DNA of 64,000 nucleotides from NCBI GenBank assembly GCA_035506275.1, contig DATJPT010000017.1:11831-75830 (forward strand). Reading direction: 5' to 3'. Positions within the stretch are counted from its first letter, which is position 1, and every line of letters begins with the position of its first letter. The notes beneath the pieces are model-generated. The model was not told the origin of the DNA. It did not search any database and saw only the letters and a program-made list of their open reading frames with translations. Below, one piece after another: positions 49,286-57,901 of the stretch. This stretch comes from Bacteroidota bacterium (GTDB lineage: Bacteria > Bacteroidota > Ignavibacteria > UBA10030 > UBA8401). The position numbers and the translations under genes were made by a program.

Positions 49286-50164
49286 CTATCTGCCTCTATT
49301 CCTGCCGCCTCCGCCTCCCCGGCTTCCGCTGCCACCGCTCGATGCTCTGCCGCTCGAACGCTGCGGTGCCGAATAACCCTGATGAACCATTTGTCTTGAT
49401 TGCGGCTGCGCGTACCTTGCCGAAGGCTGAACTCGTCCACGATGTTGGTACATCTGCCGGACGTTGGAGTTTCTCGAGCCATAGCTGGAATATCTTCCGC
49501 GGCTGGCCACCGTCGCCTGCCGCGAAGCGACCGTCGATCTATTCGCCCTTTGCCACCAGGGAATTTCCTGGCGCGTTCGTGAGGCAGACGGGCTTGTCGC
49601 TACTGCTCCCGGCGCATTAGGAGTCCTCCCCCTTGATGGGGTGACTCCGTTGGCAGGGATCACCCGGCCGGGAGAGTTCGGCGCAACACGACCGGCGAAG
49701 TATCCGAAACTTCCGCGCCCGCTGCCAATGGTGCGCTGCCTCGTCGCAAAATTCCTCCCTCCGTACCAGCCATGGTATGCGTGTCCATAATACCCGCCGT
49801 AACCGTAGCCGTATCCGTAGCCATAACCCCATCCGAATCCGAACCCGTATGGATACCACAGCCCCCACGGGTAGTAGTTGTAATCGAACCACGGGTCGTA
49901 GCCAACTGCCGACGCGTAATACTCCGGCGGCGGATAATAGTAATCGAAGGCCATATGGTATTGCGCGTCGCGATAGCTGTCATCATCGAAATAGCTCGCG
50001 CTCGTCGAGTCGCTCGACGACGTCGTATCGGTGTAAGCATAATCATCGTCCCCTCCCGCCCATCGTTCGCTCACCGTTTCCGTGTGAGTATAACAGCCGG
50101 CGAACAAAAGCCCGGCTGCCGAAAGAGGGATCAATCCATTGAGAAAGCTTCGCAGTGTTTTCAT
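49286..50164 (-). CDS. Gly/Tyr/Trp-rich low-complexity lipoprotein with Arg/Ser/Gly-rich (RGG-like) C-terminal tail
   Basis: Signal peptide plus LFAGC lipobox; acidic Tyr-rich segment, then GFGFGWGYGYGYGYGYGGYYGHAYHGWYGG, then RS/RG-rich tail ending SGGSGSRGGGGGRNRGR; GY codons vary at wobble positions. Confidence 0.45.
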   Translation of the reverse strand: MKTLRSFLNGLIPLSAAGLLFAGCYTHTETVSERWAGGDDDYAYTDTTSSSDSTSASYFDDDSYRDAQYHMAFDYYYPPPEYYASAVGYDPWFDYNYYPWGLWYPYGFGFGWGYGYGYGYGYGGYYGHAYHGWYGGRNFATRQRTIGSGRGSFGYFAGRVAPNSPGRVIPANGVTPSRGRTPNAPGAVATSPSASRTRQEIPWWQRANRSTVASRQATVASRGRYSSYGSRNSNVRQMYQHRGRVQPSARYAQPQSRQMVHQGYSAPQRSSGRASSGGSGSRGGGGGRNRGR

Positions 50165-50239
50165 ACCAGGTTCCTTCCTCCTTCCGATGTCAATACTAAC
50201 ACTAACAGCGGAAAGGAATCGTTCATTCCCGTTCCGGAA

Positions 50240-51016
50240 TTACAGCACTCTGACGTATTCTACTTTAATAGTTCTGTTTCCTATCGTGACGTTGTTCTGA
50301 TTTCTTACAAGATTCTTCAAATCGCATCCGATCGTAAAACCATTCCCCCACGACCATCGCAGGCCGCTATTCAAATATCCCTTCCCTTTGCCCACCACGC
50401 CGATATTGTCATTCAAGCCAAAATCATATTCTGCAAGCAGCGATATGTCCGATCCGAGGGACTTTTCAGCGCCGACAAAAAAATCGAGGCTTTTGTTGCC
50501 GTCCTTGTTCTCGAGGCTGTAATTCGTCCCGCCGTGGAGGCTCAGGTTGCCCATCAGAGAATAGTTCTTGCTGGCTGCGGCGTAAAAACCGCGGGACTTG
50601 ATCGTGAAGCGCTGCAGGCTGTCGATGTAGGTCTCTTTACCCTGCGAATCGAACCCGAGGGCGATCGCGGGCATCGCCATTGTCTCATCGAATAAGCGAA
50701 ATTTCACGTTGACTCCCGGAAGTCTTTGCATCGTAATATCGTCGTGGCCGATAATTCCGGTTCCGCCGTACGAGACGCCGAAGTTCAACCGGTCGAGCGC
50801 TCCGGCCGTCAATCCGACCGTCATTCCCCCCTCCTGAAAGAAGTCGACATCCATCGCGAAAGCTCCTCGTTTTAAGAGCCCGCCTGTCGGCGTATCGATG
50901 ATATATCTTGGTTCGATGTTTGCTGCATCGCCGGCCGTGTTCTGCGCTAAAGACAAGCTGTAAATAAAGAACGAAGAAAAGATGAATAACAGTTTCTTCA
51001 CTGATATTCCTTCCAT
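50240..51016 (-). CDS. small outer-membrane beta-barrel protein (about 258 aa), family unknown
   Basis: Signal peptide MEGISVKKLLFIFSSFFIYSLSLAQ; alternating hydrophobic beta-strand pattern; TTGACA-like element and GGAGGAAGG RBS upstream. Confidence 0.5.
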   Translation of the reverse strand: MEGISVKKLLFIFSSFFIYSLSLAQNTAGDAANIEPRYIIDTPTGGLLKRGAFAMDVDFFQEGGMTVGLTAGALDRLNFGVSYGGTGIIGHDDITMQRLPGVNVKFRLFDETMAMPAIALGFDSQGKETYIDSLQRFTIKSRGFYAAASKNYSLMGNLSLHGGTNYSLENKDGNKSLDFFVGAEKSLGSDISLLAEYDFGLNDNIGVVGKGKGYLNSGLRWSWGNGFTIGCDLKNLVRNQNNVTIGNRTIKVEYVRVL

Positions 51017-51089
51017 TAGATTAGACGAACCATCGCGCAAGAAGTTTACCCATACCACGCCCTATTCTGCCCGATAATGTATGAAGATT

Positions 51090-52538
51090 TCACTCCTTTT
51101 TCCACGTGGTGCCGGTTTTCGTATCCTCGAGCACGATGCCGAGCGCTTTGACAGCATCGCGGATCTTATCCGATAATGCCCATAATTTCTGATTCCGAAT
51201 TTCTTTTCGTACGGCGATGATGAGATCCATCAAACCGGCCTCCGTGGAGCCCCCCCCCGATGCGTTGGATGATGCGGGGGCCAAAGAAATTCCGAGGACT
51301 CCTGAACAGAGATCCTCAAACATCTTCTCCGTTGTTCGAAGTGCCTTTTCCGTCGGGAGTGATCCCGGCCTCAACCAGTCATTAACTTGGGATGAAAGGT
51401 CGAAGAGAACAGCGATCGCTTTCGGGGTATTGAAATCGTCGTTCATCGCTTCGAGAAATGCAGTCCGGAACGGCGTTACGTCTTTCTCGGTCATGCCGAA
51501 AGAGGAAGTTCGGCTGGCGAAATCGATCGTCTCCCGAAGCCTCCGTAGCGTACTCTGCAGCTTTGCAAGTCCTGTCCCCGATGCCTCCAGCGCCTGTTCG
51601 CTGAAATCGAGCGTGCTCCGGTAATGGCTTTGCAGGATAAAAAAGCGGATAACGGCAGGGTCGAATTTTTTATAGAGGTCCTTGAGCGTGACAAAGTTGC
51701 CGAGGGACTTCGACATCTTTTGGCCGTTCACGGTCACCAGGTTGTTATGGATCCAGTATCTCACGAACGGCTTGCCGGTTGCAGATTCGCTTTGCGCGAT
51801 CTCGCATTCGTGGTGAGGGAATTGGTTGTCCAATCCCCCTCCATGGATATCGAACGTCTCGCCGAGGTACTTCATCGACATCGCCGAACACTCCACGTGC
51901 CATCCGGGGAAACCCTCGCCCCATGGACTCTGCCATCGCATGATGTGTTCCGGTTCCGCTTTTTTCCAAAGGGCAAAATCTTCCGGATTCCGTTTTTCGG
52001 ATTTCACTTCAACCCGGGTTCCCTCTTTCATCTCATCGATCGTCCGTCCGGAGAGCTTCCCGTAGGCCTTGAATTTCCGGACATCAAAATAGACGGAACC
52101 GTTCACTTCGTACGCATGCCCGTTCGCAAGAAGCACCTTCACGATCTCGATCTGCTCGATGATATGCCCCGATGCTCTCGGGGAAATATCGGGACGAATC
52201 ACGTTGAGAGCGTCCATGTCCTCGAAATAACTCCGTGTGACCGCCTCCGCGATCTGCATTGGATGAACTTTTTCGATCCGCGATTGCTTCAGCATTCTGT
52301 CCTCGCCGTCGTCGAGCAAGTGCCCCACATCGGTGATGTTCTGCACATACAATACTTTGTTGCCGAGGTAACGAAGGTAGCGGACGATCACATCGAACGA
52401 AACGTAGCTCTTGCCGTGGCCGATGTGCGAATCGCTGTAGACCGTCGGACCGCAGACATACATCCCTACGTAGCCCGCATGAAGCGGTTTGAATTCTTCC
52501 TTCGTCCGGGTAAGCGTGTTATAGAAAGTTAATGGCAT
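51090..52538 (-). CDS. cysS: cysteine--tRNA ligase
   Basis: CGPTVYSDSHIGHGKSY (HIGH) and KMSKSLGN (KMSKS) class-I motifs. Confidence 0.92.
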   Translation of the reverse strand: MPLTFYNTLTRTKEEFKPLHAGYVGMYVCGPTVYSDSHIGHGKSYVSFDVIVRYLRYLGNKVLYVQNITDVGHLLDDGEDRMLKQSRIEKVHPMQIAEAVTRSYFEDMDALNVIRPDISPRASGHIIEQIEIVKVLLANGHAYEVNGSVYFDVRKFKAYGKLSGRTIDEMKEGTRVEVKSEKRNPEDFALWKKAEPEHIMRWQSPWGEGFPGWHVECSAMSMKYLGETFDIHGGGLDNQFPHHECEIAQSESATGKPFVRYWIHNNLVTVNGQKMSKSLGNFVTLKDLYKKFDPAVIRFFILQSHYRSTLDFSEQALEASGTGLAKLQSTLRRLRETIDFASRTSSFGMTEKDVTPFRTAFLEAMNDDFNTPKAIAVLFDLSSQVNDWLRPGSLPTEKALRTTEKMFEDLCSGVLGISLAPASSNASGGGSTEAGLMDLIIAVRKEIRNQKLWALSDKIRDAVKALGIVLEDTKTGTTWKKE

Positions 52539-52755
52539 TTTTTTCGGATGCAGAGGTGTTGGGTGTTCGGTATTGGATCATCGTGATTGAAGTGCTGAGA
52601 TGAAACTGTTAGATGCCGGCTCAAAATATGCCGTTGTATCTTTCTCCCGAAGGGACGGCTGAAATTCATTTTTGCTTCTCTGTCAACAGATGGAGAACGG
52701 GTTCGCCCTTCTTTTGGGGGATTGGGCTGCGCTGACGGGAGACCGTCAACATGCA

Positions 52756-54465
52756 TCATTTTCGCCCCATCAACTCCCGCGCGCTCTTCAACCCGGCCTC
52801 AGTGATCTTCTCTCCGCTCATCAGCTTCGCAACTTCCCGTATCCGTTCTTCAATGCCGAGCTTGCGCAAGCTGGTCGTCGTCCGTTTCCCGTCTTCAATT
52901 TTCTCGACCGCAAAATGCGTGTCTGCTAGTCCCGCGATCTGAGGAAGGTGAGTGATCGTGATGATCTGATGAAGCGAAGCGAGTTTCTTCAAGCTTACGC
53001 CGACCGCCTGCCCGATGCGTCCGCTTACGCCGACATCGATCTCATCGAAGATAAGAAGCGGGACTTTGTCAGAGGCGGCGAGGGCAGATTTCAACCCGAG
53101 CATGACGCGCGAAATTTCCCCTCCCGACGCTACTTTTGCGAGCGGCTTGAGGTCCTCGCCGACGTTCGTCGAAATAAAGAACTCGACCAGATCGACCCCT
53201 TTTGGCGTTGCCTCGAAGGACTCTTTCCCTAGCTGAACATAGGCATCGGCGGCGCCGGCCTTCCCCGCCACATTCGCGATGCTCACCCAGAATTTTGCGT
53301 TCATAATGCCAAGCTCGGCAAGCGAAGCAACGATTTCTTTCTCGATCTTTTTCGCTGATTCCCGCCGCTTTTTTGTCAATTGCTGGGCAGCAGCCGAGCA
53401 GACCCGGCGTTCCTCAAGGATGGCTGCGTCGAGCGATGCGAGCTCTTTTTCAAAATTCTCTGCCAGAGAAAATTCGCTGCCGATCTTCCGGCGGTGTTCA
53501 AGCAGCGACTCGAGCGTGCCGCCGTATTTCTTTTTCAGAAGCGAGAACTGTCCGAGCCGTTCCCGGATCTGTTCCAGCTTCTCAGGGTTGAACTCTATTT
53601 TTGCGTTATAGGATTGAATGAACTTCGACAATTCTTCGACGATGATCTCTGCCGATTTCGCCTCCCCGGCAGCGTCGGCAAACACAGGATCGATCTCCCG
53701 CAGGGTTTCGATCTGCTTCCAGGCCTGAACAAGATGATCGTGGACCGAGGACTCGCCGTCATAGAGAAGCTGGCTGAGCTGCGAGGTCAGCTCATGAAGC
53801 TTTTCCGCATTTTCCAGAAGCTTCAGCTCCGATTCCATGGATTCTTCTTCTCCGGCCTGCGGATCTACAGCATCGATCTCCTTCATTTGAAATTCGTAGA
53901 GGTCCTTCTTCTCCTTCAAACGTAATTCTTGCTCCTGCAGGTCGCGTTTCTTCGAAAAGAGATCGGAGAGCTTCTTGTAGGATCGGCGATATTCTGCGAG
54001 GAGGCGCTCATCGCCGCCAAATTCATCCAGAAAATCGATATGCGTTTCCGGACGGAGCAGGGCCTGGTGGTCGTGCTGGCCGTGCAGGTCGACGAGGATG
54101 TCCCCGGCCTCTTTGAGGAGTGAGAGCGGAACGGGAGAATCGTTGATGAAGCAGCGGCTCTGCCCTTTCACCGAAATTTCCCGCCGGACGATCATTTCGT
54201 CCGACGGGTCGATGTCGTTTTCCGTGAGAAGCATTTGAAGTTTCGGCGAACCGGCAATCACGAAGGTCCCTTCGACAATGGCTTTCTCGGCCCCCTTGCG
54301 TACAACATCCGAACTGGCCCGCTCGCCGAGAAGCAAGCTTAGTGCGTCGATGAGGATTGATTTTCCCGCCCCCGTTTCGCCGGTGATAATGTTCAATCCG
54401 CGCTCAAAATCAACGTTGATTTCTTCGATGAGGGCATAGTGTTTGACGTAGAGGGAACGCAGCAT
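52756..54465 (-). CDS. recN: DNA repair protein RecN
   Basis: N-terminal Walker A GETGAGKS, long coiled coil, C-terminal signature/Walker B. Confidence 0.9.
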   Translation of the reverse strand: MLRSLYVKHYALIEEINVDFERGLNIITGETGAGKSILIDALSLLLGERASSDVVRKGAEKAIVEGTFVIAGSPKLQMLLTENDIDPSDEMIVRREISVKGQSRCFINDSPVPLSLLKEAGDILVDLHGQHDHQALLRPETHIDFLDEFGGDERLLAEYRRSYKKLSDLFSKKRDLQEQELRLKEKKDLYEFQMKEIDAVDPQAGEEESMESELKLLENAEKLHELTSQLSQLLYDGESSVHDHLVQAWKQIETLREIDPVFADAAGEAKSAEIIVEELSKFIQSYNAKIEFNPEKLEQIRERLGQFSLLKKKYGGTLESLLEHRRKIGSEFSLAENFEKELASLDAAILEERRVCSAAAQQLTKKRRESAKKIEKEIVASLAELGIMNAKFWVSIANVAGKAGAADAYVQLGKESFEATPKGVDLVEFFISTNVGEDLKPLAKVASGGEISRVMLGLKSALAASDKVPLLIFDEIDVGVSGRIGQAVGVSLKKLASLHQIITITHLPQIAGLADTHFAVEKIEDGKRTTTSLRKLGIEERIREVAKLMSGEKITEAGLKSARELMGRK

Positions 54466-54495
54466 GGAAGAAGTTACGCGGAATTTCGGAGAGTT

Positions 54496-55314
54496 TCAAC
54501 CGTTGTCCGATTGTTCCCCGCCGAACACTTCTATCTCCGGCACATCGGGAAAGATGCCGAGGTAAAAAGCATAGCGAAAGAATTCACCGAGAGCTTCCCT
54601 GGCCTCGTGGTCGAACCCGTAGGTAAAATGCTCAAGCTGACGTTCAAATTCGTCAACCGGATATGGCAGCGTTTTCGACTGCTGCAGTGCGATCGAGGGG
54701 ATCGAGGCAGCCCCTTTTTCCTGGGAAGCAAGAAGCATTGCCGCAATCTCTTTTTTGTACTTCTCCTTGCGGCCGGCACAGACGAGATGGACATACGGCA
54801 GGTCCGTCATGTCCGACCATTCATCGACGAGGTCGAGCGTTGGCCCCTCCCATGCCGAGGTCAACGAGGCGTTCCCCGTCACGAGAGCCGCATCGGCCTT
54901 CGACAGCATTTCCGGCACCGTGCCGAGTACAGGAACGACAACGACCTGCTGCTCGAATTTTTCGGAGAGAATGATCTTGGCGAGAACGATATCGGAGGAT
55001 GAGACGGCGCCCACGGCGATGGAACCGATCGCACGCGAACTTCGATTGACGCACAGGACGCTCGTCCGGCTTTCACCGCGTGAAGCGACGCCGATCGAAG
55101 GATAGAGCGAAAAGTCCGAGCTGTTGCGCGCAAACTCGACGGGGCCGATCAGCGCGGCATCGCACTCGCCGCCGAGGATTCGTTCGGCGTTGATGCCGGC
55201 GCTTTCAAAGAAAAGTCCCGCCGAAGCGGGACTCTCAGGCTGCTGCAATCCGGCAAGCACCGGCCGGCAGTAAAAATCGGGGATCGCTCCGATGCGGAGC
55301 GGGTCTTCGGCCAC
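54496..55314 (-). CDS. MqnA/MqnD-family protein (menaquinone via futalosine; chorismate dehydratase-like)
   Basis: LRIGAIPDFYCRPV ... LVDEWSDMTDLPYVHLVCA pattern of the PF02621 family. Confidence 0.6.
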   Translation of the reverse strand: MAEDPLRIGAIPDFYCRPVLAGLQQPESPASAGLFFESAGINAERILGGECDAALIGPVEFARNSSDFSLYPSIGVASRGESRTSVLCVNRSSRAIGSIAVGAVSSSDIVLAKIILSEKFEQQVVVVPVLGTVPEMLSKADAALVTGNASLTSAWEGPTLDLVDEWSDMTDLPYVHLVCAGRKEKYKKEIAAMLLASQEKGAASIPSIALQQSKTLPYPVDEFERQLEHFTYGFDHEAREALGEFFRYAFYLGIFPDVPEIEVFGGEQSDNG

Positions 55315-55319
55315 GGGGT

Positions 55320-55661
55320 TCAGCTGCTGGTTTTTTGGCGGATCTGTTTCGCCGCAAGGTCGCGGAGATAATACAGTTTCGCCCGGCGCACTTTGCTCGA
55401 CTTCATTTTTTCGATCTTCGCGATGCGCGGCGAGTGTGTCGGGAAAATCCTTTCCACGCCGACGCCGTCGGAAACTTTTCTGATCGTGAATGTGGCCCCC
55501 ATGCCGCTTCCGCGCTTGCCGATGACGACCCCCTGGAACTGCTGAATGCGCTCTTTATCCCCTTCGATAACGCGCACGTGGACGTTCAGCGTGTCCCCCG
55601 GTGCAAAGTCGGGGATATTCGTTTTCAGCTGGGTGGCTTCTACTAATTTGATCTTGCTCAT
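55320..55661 (-). CDS. rplS: 50S ribosomal protein L19
   Basis: Conserved L19 sequence ([29 protein letters not shown]). Confidence 0.92.
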   Translation of the reverse strand: MSKIKLVEATQLKTNIPDFAPGDTLNVHVRVIEGDKERIQQFQGVVIGKRGSGMGATFTIRKVSDGVGVERIFPTHSPRIAKIEKMKSSKVRRAKLYYLRDLAAKQIRQKTSS

Positions 55662-55685
55662 TGGTGTACTCCGTTCATTAACCTG

Positions 55686-56372
55686 TTATTTTTTATGAAT
55701 CAAATCCTTGCGCCGTTCCTCCGTCCGCTTCGTTCTCTCTTCATCGCGCCATGCGGCAATTTCTTTGTGATTCCCCGACAACAGAACATCCGGCACCTTC
55801 ATTCCGCGGTATTCCGGGGGCCGGGTGTAATGCGGGCTGTCCAGCAATCCATCCTGGAACGAATCGGTCAACGCCGATTCTCCGTCTCCGATCACGCCCG
55901 GTATCACCCTTACCACCGCGTCGGTGATGACCAGCGCGGCCAATTCTCCGCCGGTGAGCACATAGTCGCCGATCGAGATCTCCCGCGTGATGACCGATTG
56001 CCTGACGCGGTCGTCGACTCCTTTATAATGACCGCAGAGGATCATGATGTTCGATTTCAACGAGAGTTCGTTCGCGGTCCTTTGCGTGAACGGCTCGCCG
56101 TCGGCGGTAACGTACACGATTTCATCGTACGTCCGCTCTGCGTTCAACGACTCAACGCACTCGACGATCGGCTCCGGCTTCAGGATCATCCCCGCGCCGC
56201 CGCCGTACGGGGGTTCGTCGAGCGTATGGTGCTTATCGTGCGTGAATTTCCGCAAATCATGCACGACGATCTCAGCCAGCTTCTTCTCCTGAGCGATCCT
56301 GAGCATGCTTTCGTTCAGCGGACTCGCGAGCAATTTCGGAACCGCAGAAAGAATATCGATGCGGATACTCAT
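55686..56372 (-). CDS. trmD: tRNA (guanine37-N1)-methyltransferase
   Basis: SPOUT-fold TrmD motifs (DEPPYGGGAGMILKPEP, GHYKGVDDR). Confidence 0.92.
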   Translation of the reverse strand: MSIRIDILSAVPKLLASPLNESMLRIAQEKKLAEIVVHDLRKFTHDKHHTLDEPPYGGGAGMILKPEPIVECVESLNAERTYDEIVYVTADGEPFTQRTANELSLKSNIMILCGHYKGVDDRVRQSVITREISIGDYVLTGGELAALVITDAVVRVIPGVIGDGESALTDSFQDGLLDSPHYTRPPEYRGMKVPDVLLSGNHKEIAAWRDEERTKRTEERRKDLIHKK

Positions 56373-56381
56373 ACCATCTCC

Positions 56382-56963
56382 TTACTCACGCCCGCCGAAA
56401 AGTCCTTCGGGAGGATCGACCTCGATCGTACGATTTTTCACATCCACGCGGCGGACAATGCCTTTCACGGCCGGAACCATCACATCGCCCCCTTCGGTCT
56501 TCACAACGTAGACGTCCTGCGCAGGATACCTGACGACATCGCGCACAACGCCGAGCGTTTTTTCCCGTGAATCGTGCACCGACATCCCGATGATGTCGTC
56601 GATGAAAAATTCACCGGGCGCCAAATGCTTGCGCGCCTTCTCTTCAACGAATAAGAAATGGCCGACGAGCGCCTCCGACCCGTTCCGGTCATTGACATCC
56701 TGAAACTTCAGATAAATATCGGCTCCCCGCGTAGCGACGTTCTCGATCTTCATCGCAACGGCGGCGGCCTCCTTTTTTCCCGTCAGCACGGTCCCGAGCT
56801 TCTCGAACTCCTGGGACGATCGTGAATAGGAATGCACCTTCACTTCGCCTTTCACGCCGAACACTTTTGCGATCACGCCTATCGCCAGCAGATGGGAACG
56901 GTCCTCATGGTTCGATTTCACAGCGACCTGCGCATTCAGAATGACGGCTGCATGCTGCCTCAA
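56382..56963 (-). CDS. rimM: ribosome maturation factor RimM
   Basis: LAIGVIAKVFGVKGEVKV PRC-barrel protein in the canonical rpsP-rimM-trmD-rplS position; exact start uncertain. Confidence 0.8.
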   Translation of the reverse strand: MRQHAAVILNAQVAVKSNHEDRSHLLAIGVIAKVFGVKGEVKVHSYSRSSQEFEKLGTVLTGKKEAAAVAMKIENVATRGADIYLKFQDVNDRNGSEALVGHFLFVEEKARKHLAPGEFFIDDIIGMSVHDSREKTLGVVRDVVRYPAQDVYVVKTEGGDVMVPAVKGIVRRVDVKNRTIEVDPPEGLFGGRE

Positions 56964-57046
56964 AGGCGCCGAGACACAACGGAGAAAAAAAAGGAGATCT
57001 TCTATTGACAGCCATTGCGCCTGGCACCTCAGTGGTTCGCCTGAAC

Positions 57047-57283
57047 TTAGTCCACAACCTCGAGCATCGCCCGTTTGCCGTTCTTCGCGGCGACGGCGCT
57101 CAACAGCACCCGCATCGCCTGCGCCGTGCGCCCTTTGCGGCCGATGATTTTTCCGACGTCGGCCTCGCCGACTTTAAGCTTGAAGACCACCTTCCCATCC
57201 TTCTCCTCATCGCTGAGAGATACTGCGCCAGGGTTGTCGACAAGCTGCTTTGCGATGTATTCAATGAACTCTCGCATGTGCAC
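57047..57283 (-). CDS. KH-domain RNA-binding protein (UPF0109/YlqC-like)
   Basis: 78 aa, GKIIGRKGRTAQAMR KH GxxG-type loop, located between rpsP and rimM. Confidence 0.8.
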   Translation of the reverse strand: MHMREFIEYIAKQLVDNPGAVSLSDEEKDGKVVFKLKVGEADVGKIIGRKGRTAQAMRVLLSAVAAKNGKRAMLEVVD

Positions 57284-57396
57284 CTCCAGTCAAGCTCCTC
57301 AAAAAAATTCCGAACACTGAAGCAGGCAGGCTGCAGGAGTGTTCGAATGTTCATCCCTACGTCGGAGAGACAAATGCTAGCGGGAAGAAACCGCCG

Positions 57397-57822
57397 CTAC
57401 GGCTGTGCAGGGGCTGCCGGGGCCGGGGCTTCAGCGGGTTGGGCCGGAGCTTCCTGAGCGGCAGCTTTCTTTTTCTTCTTCGCGGCGTTGCGGCGGGCGT
57501 TCCGTTCATTTTCCTTCTGCAGTTTCAGCCCTTGCATCATCTGCCATTTCTCAAACTCGGCAGCGATCGTCGCATCGTCCGCTTTCTTCTTTTTCAAGCC
57601 CCATTTCAGCCACACACCCTTACGACTGAGCAGGTTTTTCACCGTATCGGTCGGCTGGGCTCCACGCTCAAGCCAGTGAAAAACGCGGTCTTCTTTTAGC
57701 GTGATCGTCATAGGATTGGTGGCCGGGTTATAGGCCCCCACAGCGTCGATGAACCGCCCGTCGCGCTTTGTGCGCGAATCCACCGCGACGATCTTGTACA
57801 TGGGCTGCTTCTTCTTACCCAT
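57397..57822 (-). CDS. rpsP: 30S ribosomal protein S16 with Lys/Ala/Pro-rich C-terminal extension
   Basis: MYKIVAVDSRTKRDGRFIDAVGAYNP core; C-terminal KKKKADD ... AAKKKKKAAAQEAPAQPAEAPAPAAPAQP. Confidence 0.9.
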   Translation of the reverse strand: MGKKKQPMYKIVAVDSRTKRDGRFIDAVGAYNPATNPMTITLKEDRVFHWLERGAQPTDTVKNLLSRKGVWLKWGLKKKKADDATIAAEFEKWQMMQGLKLQKENERNARRNAAKKKKKAAAQEAPAQPAEAPAPAAPAQP

Positions 57823-57901
57823 TCGTTGTAGCCTTAATTTTACTGCCAAAGATGATTCTCCTTTTTCTGTAAATATGAATAGATGCCGATTAATATGCAA
57901 C

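Noticed and set aside
49660-50046. Alternative-frame ORFs (49617..49892, 49660..50046 minus; 49772..50695 plus) overlapping the GY-rich lipoprotein gene
   Set aside because: They lack a signal peptide or start context, whereas the 49286..50164 frame has a signal peptide plus lipobox and synonymous variation in its repeat codons. Because the region is low-complexity, this call should be confirmed experimentally.
52539-52755. Possible T-box or other leader upstream of cysS
   Set aside because: Read on the reverse complement, there is a TTGACA-like -35 element but no recognisable T-box specifier/antiterminator structure by eye. Left unannotated.
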